Positions 37,834 to 47,471 of a stretch of 64,000 nt of DNA are shown here, piece after piece. The stretch lies in contig CBDAPX010000001.1 in NCBI GenBank assembly GCA_965198725.1, forward strand, positions 915,966 to 979,965, read 5' to 3'. This DNA comes from Paracoccaceae bacterium. Its GTDB lineage: Bacteria > Pseudomonadota > Alphaproteobacteria > Rhodobacterales > Rhodobacteraceae. Position 1 is the stretch's first letter, and every line of letters begins with the position of its first letter. The translations under genes were made by a program, and so were the position numbers. The notes beneath the pieces were generated by a model. The model was not told the origin of the DNA. It worked only from the letters and a program-made list of their open reading frames with translations, and did no database searches.

Positions 37834-38415
37834 ATGGAAGGCGAGGCGCTAAGAGCAGGCAAGGAACGGGTCAGAGAGAACCTGATACTGCCATTGACCA
37901 AAGGCGGCATGATCCGAAAGCGGGGAATGCCTAAGGCGGCTGAGGATGAGATGCTGGCCAATCTTGAGGCGCGTCTTGCTTATATGACCGCTGACAACCT
38001 CAAGGCATTGGCCGAGGTGCTTGAGCGCTATGCGGGCGGCAAGCACAAGAATGTGTGGCCTGCTGAGGTATCCATCTACAATTGGGCGCGGGCCATCCAG
38101 TTTCCACCGGCCAGTGAGAGCCGCCTTGTGCGGTCCTATCTGCAATCGGCGGCGGGCAGCGCGGCTGAGGTGGGTGGCTATCTGGTGGAACTGTTCTGGT
38201 ATCTCAAGAAATTCGGAGCGCCCCCGAACAATTACTCCCTGTCTGAGATCAAGCGCGAAGCGGATGACAATCGCAGCGCCCTCGCTCGGATCAAGAGAGA
38301 GCAGGAAGTGGGGCGGGCCAGTCAGCGAGAATTGAATTGGGTTGAGCATTACTACCAGACGCAGCGCCGCTGCCTGGATTTGATCAATGCTAAGGGCGAC
38401 GGGGTAGTGGCATGA
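37834..38415 (+). CDS. hypothetical phage protein
   Basis: 193 aa from MEGEALRAG..., GGGGG RBS-like upstream; no family recognised. Confidence 0.5.
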   Translation: MEGEALRAGKERVRENLILPLTKGGMIRKRGMPKAAEDEMLANLEARLAYMTADNLKALAEVLERYAGGKHKNVWPAEVSIYNWARAIQFPPASESRLVRSYLQSAAGSAAEVGGYLVELFWYLKKFGAPPNNYSLSEIKREADDNRSALARIKREQEVGRASQRELNWVEHYYQTQRRCLDLINAKGDGVVA

Positions 38416-39239
38416 AATATGAGCGGGTGTTCTTGGTGAACCGGCACGGTGTGGCAATGGCGATGGACGTGCGCACCCTGGGCGAACAGGCGCGGATTGA
38501 TGGGGTCAAGGCGCTTGGCGCTGTGCCAGATGGGTGCGGCCCTGAGATACCGATGGCTCCTGCGCGTGGGCCAGTGCGGGCGTTCACACCAATGAAGCTC
38601 TATCCCAAGGGCGAGGATGAATGGGAACTCAAACCATCAGGTCACATCGGGCCGGATGGTCAGCCTTTCAAATCGATCCAGCGGGCCGATGCCTTTGATC
38701 TCATGACCCATCGGGCGCGGCTTGCGCACAAGGGCAAGAAGGCTGAGTTCATTCCCCCGTTCACGCCTGCCCAGGTCACGATGGGCCGTCACTATCGCAA
38801 CCTGTGGGAACGGCACGCCTCAGCCGGTGTGCGCTGTTCCTCGGTGGAGACATTGCGCGGCGGTGGCGCGGGCGGCGATGGCGGGTTCATTGATGCGGTG
38901 CTGCGGGATCGGGATCAGATCAAGCGCATCCGTCGCCGGATCGGTGACGGCTTTGCCTTGGAGGTGAAGCGGCAGGGCAAGGCGTCCAAGCGCAGCGGGA
39001 TCACAGATCGGCGGCTGGTGGATATGGTTTGCCTTGAAGAGAAAACGCTGGCCGAGGTGTTGCGGGCGCATGGGTGTAGCAAATGGGGTGGCAATGTCAT
39101 GGTGCTACAGGAGGCGCTGGCCGAGGCTCTCAATCGGATGATGGGTCCAGTGCGGCGGCAGGCGAGCTATACAATCCATGACGCTGATATGCCGCTTGGG
39201 TTCGAGCAATTCTCAGAGGCGGTTCACAAAGGGGCTTGA
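38412..39239 (+). CDS. hypothetical protein with C-terminal HTH-like segment (possible late regulator)
   Basis: 275 aa; ...ITDRRLVDMVCLEEKTLAEVLRAHG... resembles sigma region 4/LuxR-type HTH; last gene before the packaging module. Confidence 0.4.
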   Translation: MKYERVFLVNRHGVAMAMDVRTLGEQARIDGVKALGAVPDGCGPEIPMAPARGPVRAFTPMKLYPKGEDEWELKPSGHIGPDGQPFKSIQRADAFDLMTHRARLAHKGKKAEFIPPFTPAQVTMGRHYRNLWERHASAGVRCSSVETLRGGGAGGDGGFIDAVLRDRDQIKRIRRRIGDGFALEVKRQGKASKRSGITDRRLVDMVCLEEKTLAEVLRAHGCSKWGGNVMVLQEALAEALNRMMGPVRRQASYTIHDADMPLGFEQFSEAVHKGA

Positions 39240-39404
39240 CGCTTACCTCACCTGCGTGCCACTAAATGTGCATCATCAACAATTGCGCTCAACAAATCGT
39301 TGGGCGCTTTTCTATTTGTGGGAATGCAGTAAAGCCAACGTCTGCCATCCTTGGGATGTATCGGGAGCCAGTTGGTCCCGCCCACAAATCTCCAAAGGTT
39401 GTCC

Positions 39405-39788
39405 ATGATCCGTAGGCTCTGTTCCTTTCCAGGCTGTGATGAATTCGCAGAGGAAGGGCAGACGCGGTGCGCAGAGCATATGGCAGACAAGCGGCAAGCG
39501 GATGCGCAGCGATGGCAGCGCACACAACGCACACCCGAGATCGCAGCGGCTCGCAAGCTCTACGATACCAGATGGTGGCGGCGCGAAAGCAAAGCGTTCC
39601 TTGAGCGCAACCCGCTCTGCAAGCACTGTGAAGAGCTTGGGTTGGTCACAGCGGCCCGAGAGGTGGATCACATCATCCCGCATCGTGGCAACAAGAAACT
39701 GTTTCGGGATCGGAACAACTGGCAGGCGCTTTGTTCGCCCTGTCATGGTCGCAAGACGGCCAGCGAAACACTGAACAAGTCAGACTGA
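39405..39788 (+). CDS. HNH endonuclease (terminase-associated)
   Basis: C..C......VDHIIPHRGN..LF.D.NNWQALC..CH..KT; located immediately upstream of terS as in HK97-like cos phages. Confidence 0.85.
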   Translation: MIRRLCSFPGCDEFAEEGQTRCAEHMADKRQADAQRWQRTQRTPEIAAARKLYDTRWWRRESKAFLERNPLCKHCEELGLVTAAREVDHIIPHRGNKKLFRDRNNWQALCSPCHGRKTASETLNKSD

Positions 39789-39920
39789 TCGCGCCCCTGT
39801 CGATATAGGGGGGGTGGTCAATTTCTTAGGTGGCCCCTGCTGCCGACCGCGCCCTGAAGCTCTCCTGTTGCGCGGGTTGAATTGGGGAAAAAAGCCCACT
39901 GGTTTTGAGGAAAGGAGGGA

Positions 39921-40361
39921 ATGATGAAAGGTAAGAAACCTGAACTGGATAACGTCATTCCAATGAAAGGCGCTTCCTCGCGCCCGGTTCCGCCGCCACC
40001 CGATCTCATGGCGGAAGGGGCCAAAAAGGTCTGGGATCGCCTCGCGCCAGAGATGGTTCGTCTGGGTCGCCTTGAACCGATCTATGAGGATAATTTCGCG
40101 GTTGTGTGTTGCGCCATCAATGATGTGATGGAACTGCAAACCGTGATCGATTTGGAGGGTCGCACCTATACCGTCAAAACACGGAACGGGATGCAGCAGA
40201 AGAAAACAGCGGCGTGGCAGGCTCAATTGGATGCGCTTGCGATTTTGCGCCAGTTCGGTGCGTTCTTTGGCATGACGCCTGTGGATGACAAACGCCTCGC
40301 AAACACAGATCAAGGTGATCTCTTTGCGATGCTGAAAGAAGGGCTGGATGCAACCCCTTGA
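39921..40361 (+). CDS. terminase small subunit (P27 family)
   Basis: 146 aa; AAAGGAGGG RBS; ...PPDLMAEGAKKVWDRLAPEM...L...D........... Confidence 0.75.
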   Translation: MMKGKKPELDNVIPMKGASSRPVPPPPDLMAEGAKKVWDRLAPEMVRLGRLEPIYEDNFAVVCCAINDVMELQTVIDLEGRTYTVKTRNGMQQKKTAAWQAQLDALAILRQFGAFFGMTPVDDKRLANTDQGDLFAMLKEGLDATP

Positions 40362-42045
40362 CCATCCCGTTTCGCGCTATGCCTCGGATGTGCTGGATGG
40401 AAAGATCGTTGCGGGTGAACTGGTGCGCCTCGCCTGTGAGCGCCATTTCCGCGATCTGGAAACGGGGGCAGATCGTGGTCTGGTGTTTGATTGCCAATCG
40501 GCCAGCCGCGTTCTGAACTTTGCCAAGATGATTGCCCACACCAAGGGCGACATGGCAGGCAAGCCACTGACCTTGCAGCCCTGGCAGATGTTCCGGCATG
40601 GGTCTGTGTTCGGGTGGAAGAAACCGCGCGATTTCGTTGATCCGATCACGGGCGAGGTTGAAACCAAGCTGGTGCGCCGATTCCGCTACACCTATCACCA
40701 GGTGGCAAAGAAGAACGGCAAAACCACCGATACGGCGGTGCCCGCGCTCTATACGCAGCTATTCGATGGCGAGCAGACGCCAGAGATGTATTGCGCGGCC
40801 ACCACGCGAGATCAGGCGGGGCTGCTGTTCCAGGATTTGCGCCGGATGGTGCAGGCCTCGGTGTTGAACAACACATTGATGAAGGTGTGGCGCTACCACA
40901 TTGAAACCCTACCAACGGGCGGAATCATCAAGTGCCTCAGCCGTGACGGCAACTCAACGGACGGGATCAACCCGCATTTCGCGGCGCGTGATGAGGTCCA
41001 CCGCTGGACGGATCGGGAACTGGCGGAGATCGTGGTGAACTCCATGATGGCGCGGCCTCAGCCGATTGATTGGGCGATCACCACGGCGGGCGCGGATCGC
41101 GCCTCTATCTGCGGTGAATTGCGTAAGTATGCCGAGGACGTTCTGCGTGGTGACGTGGAGGATGACACGTTCTTTGGCTACGTGGCCGAGCCGCCAGAGG
41201 ATGCTGATCCAGGCGATCCGAACACTTGGGCGATGGCAAATCCCAACATGGGAATCGCCTTTGACCCTGGCGAGCTACGCACGATCTATGACCGCGCTCG
41301 CGCGATCCAGGGGCAAATGCCGAACTTTCGGCGGCTGCACCTCAATCTTTGGACCGAGGGTTCGCAGTCCTGGATTGGCCGTGATGTGTGGGACAAGGGC
41401 GGCGAAAAGTTTGACGTTGAGATGCTCTATGGCCGTCCTGCCTGGGCAGCGGTGGACCTGTCGCGCACCACGGACATGACTGCCATAGCCGTGGCGGTGC
41501 CTGTTGAAGATCAGGTGTATCTGCTGGTTTACAGCTTTCTGCCCGAGGGTCCGAAAGGGTTCATCACGCGGGCGCAGACTGAGAATCGGTCATACATCGC
41601 TTGGAAAGATGCCAACTGGCTTGAGGTCCACAAAGGCGGCGTGATCGATGAGGATCAGGTGTTTCAGCGCCTGGTGCAGATCAAGGAAACCTTTGACCTG
41701 CAAGAGGTGGCCTATGACGAATGGGGCATGAAATACCTCGCTCAGAAACTGAGCCGCCGAGGGTTCCTGATGGTTCCGCATCGGCAGGGGTATGTGTCCA
41801 TGTCACCGCCAATGAAACGGTTTGAGCAGTTGGTGATCCAGAACCGGCTGCAACATGGCGGCAATCCTGTTCTCGCCTGGGCCGTGGGCAATGTTCATTG
41901 CGACATGGACGCGGCTGAGAACATCAAGCCGAACAAAGGCAAGGCCTCGGGCCGGATTGATCCGGCCGTGGCTTCCATCATGGCAGTTGGCCGAGCGGCG
42001 GCTGCGCAAGAGAAACGCAAAGCGCGGGAGATCATGTTCGTATGA
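40348..42045 (+). CDS. terminase large subunit
   Basis: 565 aa; ...YHQVAKKNGKT (Walker A-like)..., nuclease half ...AAVDLS.T.D.TA...; position and size. Confidence 0.9.
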   Translation: MQPLDHPVSRYASDVLDGKIVAGELVRLACERHFRDLETGADRGLVFDCQSASRVLNFAKMIAHTKGDMAGKPLTLQPWQMFRHGSVFGWKKPRDFVDPITGEVETKLVRRFRYTYHQVAKKNGKTTDTAVPALYTQLFDGEQTPEMYCAATTRDQAGLLFQDLRRMVQASVLNNTLMKVWRYHIETLPTGGIIKCLSRDGNSTDGINPHFAARDEVHRWTDRELAEIVVNSMMARPQPIDWAITTAGADRASICGELRKYAEDVLRGDVEDDTFFGYVAEPPEDADPGDPNTWAMANPNMGIAFDPGELRTIYDRARAIQGQMPNFRRLHLNLWTEGSQSWIGRDVWDKGGEKFDVEMLYGRPAWAAVDLSRTTDMTAIAVAVPVEDQVYLLVYSFLPEGPKGFITRAQTENRSYIAWKDANWLEVHKGGVIDEDQVFQRLVQIKETFDLQEVAYDEWGMKYLAQKLSRRGFLMVPHRQGYVSMSPPMKRFEQLVIQNRLQHGGNPVLAWAVGNVHCDMDAAENIKPNKGKASGRIDPAVASIMAVGRAAAAQEKRKAREIMFV

Positions 42046-43319
42046 GTTTAATTTCGCGCCTATTGGGGTCGGGCCAGAGCCAAGCCGCGCGGGTAGAGCC
42101 GCCGATGGTTGCGGCTGCTGGCGAAACCTCGGGCACATCCAAACCTGCCGGTTGGCTTTCAGATACCGGCTGGGGGTCGCAAAGCCGCGTGAAAACGCTG
42201 CCGCGCGTTTCGGCAACCATCGCCCAAAAGCACGCAACCGTGACGGCCTGTTGCAGCGTTCTGGCGGGCGATACCTCCAAGGTTCCTTTGCTGCTCAAGC
42301 GGCTCAAGGATGATGGCGAGGAAGAGGTGATCCGAGATCACCCGTTGGTCTATCTGATGAACGTGGAATCGAGCGATGGCGTTCCGGCCTCAGTTCTGCG
42401 CTTCACGCTGGCCTATGCCTTCACGCTGCGTGGCAATGCCTTTGCCTACACGCCTCGGGATGGTTCCGGCGAACTGACTATGATCGATCTGATCAAGCAG
42501 GATCGGCCAACCGTTCTGCGCAATGGCCGTCAGCGGTTCTATGACTTTGAGGATGGCGCACAGGTCCATCGGCGGGTGCCAAGCCGCTCAATGGCGCATC
42601 TGCGCTATATGTCTGAGGATGGTTGGATGGGCCGCTCGCCTATTGAGGTGGCGGCTGAAAGTATGGGGCTGGCTCTGGCCGGTCAAGAGGCTGCGGCTCG
42701 CGCTGCATCGGGTAGGCCTCTCTCGGCATTGATCGAACTGCCTGACAACTTTGAGGGCGATGATGGTTGGGAGCGCAATGCTACTCGGCTTGGGGATCGG
42801 CTGCGTAATCCAAATGAATCGGGCATTGCAATGGTGCCTGAGGGGACAAAGGCAAACCGCCTGGATATGTCTGCTGCCGATCAGGAACTGTTGGGAAGCC
42901 GCAAGTTCGACAAGGTGCAGATCCTGGGCATTTACCGCGTGCCTGGTTTCAAAGTGCAGGATGTTGAGGGTGGCGTGAAGGCGAACAGTGAGCAAAGTTC
43001 CATCGACTATCGCACGGATGCTCTGCTGCATTGGGGCGGGTTCATTGAAACCGGCTTGGCCCTGGCGCTGCTCACGCGGGGCGAGCGTGAGGCGGGCTAC
43101 TTTCTTGAGCATGATTTTGACGCGCTAATGCGCCCCACACTCAAGGATCGCTATGACGCCATGCACAAGGCCGTGGGTGGCCCGTTCATGACTGCGAACC
43201 ATGCCCAGAAACGCCTCGGCCTGCCGATCACTGATGGGCCGGATGATGACAAGTTGAACCCTGCGCCGAACATGACGCGGGACAAAGAGAAGAGCGGCGA
43301 AAAGGAGACTGAGGAATGA
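42042..43319 (+). CDS. portal protein (HK97 family)
   Basis: 425 aa following terL; typical portal size and position. Confidence 0.85.
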   Translation: MSLISRLLGSGQSQAARVEPPMVAAAGETSGTSKPAGWLSDTGWGSQSRVKTLPRVSATIAQKHATVTACCSVLAGDTSKVPLLLKRLKDDGEEEVIRDHPLVYLMNVESSDGVPASVLRFTLAYAFTLRGNAFAYTPRDGSGELTMIDLIKQDRPTVLRNGRQRFYDFEDGAQVHRRVPSRSMAHLRYMSEDGWMGRSPIEVAAESMGLALAGQEAAARAASGRPLSALIELPDNFEGDDGWERNATRLGDRLRNPNESGIAMVPEGTKANRLDMSAADQELLGSRKFDKVQILGIYRVPGFKVQDVEGGVKANSEQSSIDYRTDALLHWGGFIETGLALALLTRGEREAGYFLEHDFDALMRPTLKDRYDAMHKAVGGPFMTANHAQKRLGLPITDGPDDDKLNPAPNMTRDKEKSGEKETEE

Positions 43320-44206
43320 CGAAACAAACAATTGCCAGCCTGTTCGCGGCCACTGATTTGGCGATCTGCGCTCAGAGTGCGCAGGCGCTCTTGAGCCTGC
43401 CGATGCCCAAAGCCGAAACCAAGGCTGTGACCAATGCGGCGATGATCGCGCGGGGCGAGCGCTTTGCGATCTCGCGCGGTGTTGCCGAGGTGCCGGTCAA
43501 GGGGCTGCTCACGCCGAACCTCTTTGTTTTGGAGCGCTGGCTTGGATGGGCCACCTATCAGGGCCTTGAGGAAACGCTGAACCTGCTGGCCAGCAATGAA
43601 GAGGTTTCCGCCATTGTGTTGGAATTCGACACACCAGGCGGGATGGTTCTGGGGGTTGAGGCTGCAAATGCCGCCATTGCAGCCTGTGCCAAAGTGAAGC
43701 CGGTTCATGCGCTGGTGAACCCGCTCTGTGCCTCGGCAGGATATTGGCTGGCCTGCGCCTCCACCGAGATCACCGCCACGGCAGGTTCCTTGATCGGGTC
43801 CATTGGCACGATGCGCGGGGCCTACGCAGCAGAGGAACCATTCTATGAATTCCGTTCCTCGCACGCTCAGGCCAAGAACCCTGATCCTTCGACTGAGGAA
43901 GGCAAGGCGGAAATCCAGAAAGTGCTGGACCTGGCCGAGGCCAAGTTCCACCAGGCGATTGCCACTGGCCGCAAGATCGCGCCGGCAGACCTGCCCACAC
44001 GGATCAGCGCCACTGATGACGCCAAGGATGGCGGGCGGGCCTTTGAGGTATCAGAGGCGCAATCGCGCGGCCTGATCGATGCCGCCGAGACGCGGGATGC
44101 TTTCTATGCTCGCATCTTTTCCAAGTATGGGCCTAAGCCGCGCACCTCTGGGCGGCGGGCCATGACGGCGAAAGCCAAGGCCGCACAGGCCATCGCCGCC
44201 ACCTGA
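43316..44206 (+). CDS. head maturation protease (S49/SppA-ClpP fold)
   Basis: ...AIVLEFDTPGG....G....A........KPV.A.V....ASAGYWLA S49 pattern. Confidence 0.8.
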   Translation: MTKQTIASLFAATDLAICAQSAQALLSLPMPKAETKAVTNAAMIARGERFAISRGVAEVPVKGLLTPNLFVLERWLGWATYQGLEETLNLLASNEEVSAIVLEFDTPGGMVLGVEAANAAIAACAKVKPVHALVNPLCASAGYWLACASTEITATAGSLIGSIGTMRGAYAAEEPFYEFRSSHAQAKNPDPSTEEGKAEIQKVLDLAEAKFHQAIATGRKIAPADLPTRISATDDAKDGGRAFEVSEAQSRGLIDAAETRDAFYARIFSKYGPKPRTSGRRAMTAKAKAAQAIAAT

Positions 44207-44300
44207 ATTCTTGCACATCGCTGTGCCTGAACACCCTGCCCCACGCGGCGGGGCCAACCTGCTGCGTTTTGCAGCGTCTGATCTGCGAAAGGAAAATCAG

Positions 44301-45617
44301 ATGAAAGACATCAACGATCTTCGCCGCGAACGCACGAGCGCGGCAACCAAAATGGAAGAATGTGCCAATGCCATTGCGACCCTGGAAGAGGCCGAAACGG
44401 CGGCTGACGCCCAAGAAATGGTTGATGCCGTGGCGGCGTTTGATGCTGCCGAGGCGGAGTTCCAAGCGGCTGACAAGGCGGTGAAACGCGCTGAGGCCGT
44501 TGAACAAGCCAAGGCCACCTCGGCCCAGGGCGATGAGGGCAACGATCAGGCTCAGAACACCCCTGCGCCCGCTCAGCCCAAGTCCGATGCTGACAAGGGC
44601 ATTGAGGCGGGCCTGATGTTCCAGGCGCTGGCCGCAACGAAAGGTGACACCGAGAAGGCTGCAAAGTTCCTTGAGGATGGCGGCAATTCGGGTGTGGCTG
44701 CTACCCTGTCGGGTGCAACCGAGGGTGCTGGTGGCGTTACCATTCCGCGTGCCCAGGCCAGTGAACTGATCGAATTGTTGCGCCCGCGCGTGGCTGTACG
44801 TGCCTCTGGTGCGCGGATGATCGATATGCCTGCTGGCCAGATGCGCCATGCACGGCAGAGTTCCTCGGCCACCGCGAGCTACACCGGCGAGAATGCGGCG
44901 ATGCCCGTCAGCGAACCTGGCTTTGACAAAGTGGATCAGAGCTTCAAAAAGCTGACCGCTCTGGTTCCTGTCGGCAACTCGCTGTTGCGTCATTCCAGCG
45001 TGGCGATGGCTGCTCTGGTGCGTGATGACATTCTCAAAGTCATGGCGCTGCGCGAGGATTTGGCCTTCATTCGCGGCGATGGTTCCGCCAATACCCCCAA
45101 GGGTATCAAGAACTGGATGCTGCCTGCCAATTGGGTTGCGGGTGTGGCCAACGCGCCGATGACCGTTGACGCGGCGCTGCGCGGCCTGGTGTCTAAGGTG
45201 GAAGATGCCAATGTGGGCATGGTTTCCTGCGGCTGGATCATGCGGGCGGCAACCAAGAATTTCTTGGCCGCGCGGCGCGATCCGAATGGCGGCAATTACC
45301 TGTATCCGTCCATTCAGCAGAATGGCACGCTGCTTGGCTATCCGATCAAAACCACGTCTCAGATTCCGATGAACCTGGGCGCGGGCGGGAACGAAACCGA
45401 GGTCTATTTCGGTGACTTTGATGAGGTGTTCATCGGTGACGCGATGACGCTGGAATTCGAGACTTCGTTCCAGGCCGCATATGTGGATTCGAACGGTGAC
45501 ACGCAATCTGCGTTCCAGCAGGATTTGACGCTGTTCCGCGCGATCTCCGAACACGATCTGGCCCCGCGCCATGATGAGGCTCTGTCTGGCCTGAAGGGCG
45601 TAGGCTGGACACTCTGA
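44301..45617 (+). CDS. major capsid protein (HK97 fold) with N-terminal delta/scaffold-like coiled coil
   Basis: Start MKDINDLRRERT...; size, position and ...LVPV.N.LL......A..VRDD........ED.AF.RGDG pattern. Confidence 0.85.
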   Translation: MKDINDLRRERTSAATKMEECANAIATLEEAETAADAQEMVDAVAAFDAAEAEFQAADKAVKRAEAVEQAKATSAQGDEGNDQAQNTPAPAQPKSDADKGIEAGLMFQALAATKGDTEKAAKFLEDGGNSGVAATLSGATEGAGGVTIPRAQASELIELLRPRVAVRASGARMIDMPAGQMRHARQSSSATASYTGENAAMPVSEPGFDKVDQSFKKLTALVPVGNSLLRHSSVAMAALVRDDILKVMALREDLAFIRGDGSANTPKGIKNWMLPANWVAGVANAPMTVDAALRGLVSKVEDANVGMVSCGWIMRAATKNFLAARRDPNGGNYLYPSIQQNGTLLGYPIKTTSQIPMNLGAGGNETEVYFGDFDEVFIGDAMTLEFETSFQAAYVDSNGDTQSAFQQDLTLFRAISEHDLAPRHDEALSGLKGVGWTL

Positions 45618-45638
45618 CCTGATCGTCAAAACCCATAG

Positions 45639-45667
45639 CGCCTCGCGGTGATCGCGGGGCGTTTTTT
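45639..45667 (+). terminator. intrinsic terminator after capsid gene
   Basis: CGCCTCGCG-GTGAT-CGCGGGGCG followed by TTTTTT. Confidence 0.7.
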
Positions 45668-45688
45668 AACCCATTCGGAGAAAGACCC

Positions 45689-46141
45689 ATGAAAAAGATC
45701 GTTTTGTTCACTGCTGCATTCCAGGCCTATTCCAAGGGCGATGTAGCGGGCTTTGATGTTGAGATGGCAGATGACCTGATCAACAAGAAAAAGGTGGCTG
45801 AGGAATATGAAGCGCCAAAGGGCGACACACAGACCTTGACCATCACAGTGGACAGTGAAGAGGCGCAGGCTGAGATTGCTCGCCAGGTGGAAGCCGCCAC
45901 GGCTGAACTGGAAAAGCAGGCCAAAGCGCGTTCCGACGAACTGGACGCCCGCGAGGCCAAACTTGATGAGCGCGAAAAGTCCATCGTCAAGGATGAGGCT
46001 GAGATGGACAAGTACGCTGGCGAGCTTGATGCGCTCAAGGCCGATCTGGATGCCCGCGAGGCCGCGCTGACCGAACCGGCCAAAACCGATGCGGCTAAGG
46101 AAACCACCTCGGCCAAGCCCCCCAAGCAGGGCGGCAAGTAA
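45689..46141 (+). CDS. hypothetical coiled-coil E/A/K-rich protein
   Basis: 150 aa; long charged helix EAATAELEKQAKARSDELDAREAKLDEREKSIVKDEAEMDKYAGELDALKADLDAREAAL. Confidence 0.6.
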   Translation: MKKIVLFTAAFQAYSKGDVAGFDVEMADDLINKKKVAEEYEAPKGDTQTLTITVDSEEAQAEIARQVEAATAELEKQAKARSDELDAREAKLDEREKSIVKDEAEMDKYAGELDALKADLDAREAALTEPAKTDAAKETTSAKPPKQGGK

Positions 46142-46153
46142 GGAAACGCGCTG

Positions 46154-46738
46154 ATGCGACTTCTAGGAAATGACCCCCTGCCGCTTGCTGTATCCGTTGA
46201 GGATTTCGGCAAGGCGATGCCGTGGATTGAGGTTGACGATCCTCTGACGATTGAAAGCTATCTCCGCGCCGCGCAGGAGGTCGTTGAGGTCGCATCACGC
46301 CGCCCGCTGACTGAGCGGGCCGTTGAGATTGAATTTGACCTGGCCGAGGCGCATGGGTTCCGGCGCTGGTGGTTCCCGATTGCGCCTATCTCTGAGATCA
46401 CGTCTGTGACGGTGATTCAGCCGCTGGTGGCAGAGACCGCGATTGCCTTGGATCAGGTGGACGTGCAGCGTTGCCATGATGAGCCGCAACTGTGGCTGGT
46501 AGATGCAGCACTGGCGATTGCTGATCCCTCCAAAGCGCAAAGCGTGCGGATAGAGGCAACGGTGGGCTATGCCGAGGGGAAACTGCCCAAAGGGCTTGCC
46601 CATGCGATCATCCTGATCGTCAAGGAATGGTATGATGCAGGTGTGTCCATCGGTGATCTCACCGAGGCCTCTGTGTCATTCAACGTGAAGGCGCTGATCA
46701 AGCAGCAGCGGTATTATCGGCCACGGGAGTTCGGCTGA
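46154..46738 (+). CDS. head-tail connector protein (gp6-like)
   Basis: ...ESYLRAAQEVVEVASRRPL... pattern and position. Confidence 0.6.
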   Translation: MRLLGNDPLPLAVSVEDFGKAMPWIEVDDPLTIESYLRAAQEVVEVASRRPLTERAVEIEFDLAEAHGFRRWWFPIAPISEITSVTVIQPLVAETAIALDQVDVQRCHDEPQLWLVDAALAIADPSKAQSVRIEATVGYAEGKLPKGLAHAIILIVKEWYDAGVSIGDLTEASVSFNVKALIKQQRYYRPREFG

Positions 46739-47073
46739 TGGCCGGCAATCAGATACGCCTGGATACAAGGGTGATGTTTTGCAGCCCAACCGAGGGCGAG
46801 CGCACGGAAACTGGCGGCTCCAAAGAGGGCTGGAATGAGGAATTCCCCGCCTGGGCAGCGGTGCGCTACCTGCGTGGCGGTGAGGCTGTCATGGCGTCTC
46901 GGATGCAAGGGCGCAGGCCCGCGATCCTGATCCTGCGCAAGCGTTCTGTGTTGGATTCAATTCGCCTGGATTGGATCGTGAAGTTCGGCGAGCAGTCCTA
47001 TCAAGTGCGGGAATTGCCCAAGCGCCGCGAGGATGGTGCGACGTTGGAGATGCTGGTGGAGGCCAAGATATGA
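46738..47073 (+). CDS. head closure / head-tail adaptor protein
   Basis: 111 aa; ...W...F..WA.V....G.E........R....I..R........D.I......Y.V SPP1 gp16-like pattern. Confidence 0.65.
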   Translation: MAGNQIRLDTRVMFCSPTEGERTETGGSKEGWNEEFPAWAAVRYLRGGEAVMASRMQGRRPAILILRKRSVLDSIRLDWIVKFGEQSYQVRELPKRREDGATLEMLVEAKI

Positions 47074-47471
47074 GCGCGGCAAACGCTTTGCAGGCCTTCC
47101 TGGTGCAAACACTGTTGGCTGATGCCAGGGTGGCGGGTATCGTTGCAGATCGTGTCTGGGATGACATTCCAGACGCGCCTTTGCATCCCTATTGTTCCAT
47201 CGGTCCAAACTATCACAATCGCAGCGATGCGGACTGCATCCGCGCCCGAGAGCATTATTTCCAGATCGATTGCTGGACGCAGCAGCAGGGGCGGCGGGAT
47301 CAGGTGAACGCTCTGACAGACGCCATTGAGACTGCGCTGGATGGTGCAACGGGCGATCTCGGGGCACACGCACTATCATCTTGTGATGTTGTCCTGGTGC
47401 GCGTGCTGGATGAGCCAGACGGCGAAAAGCACGGCGTGGTGCAGGTGCGGGCTATCGTTGAGGAAGGCTGA
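47070..47471 (+). CDS. DUF3168 tail-completion protein
   Basis: 133 aa from MSAANALQAFLV..L..D..V.......V.D..P....PY....G pattern; ATGA coupling. Confidence 0.6.
   Translation: MSAANALQAFLVQTLLADARVAGIVADRVWDDIPDAPLHPYCSIGPNYHNRSDADCIRAREHYFQIDCWTQQQGRRDQVNALTDAIETALDGATGDLGAHALSSCDVVLVRVLDEPDGEKHGVVQVRAIVEEG

Noticed and set aside
44133-45629. 498-aa minus-strand ORF covering the capsid gene
   Set aside because: Antisense shadow of the HK97-type capsid gene, with Arg/Gly/His-rich composition and no motifs.
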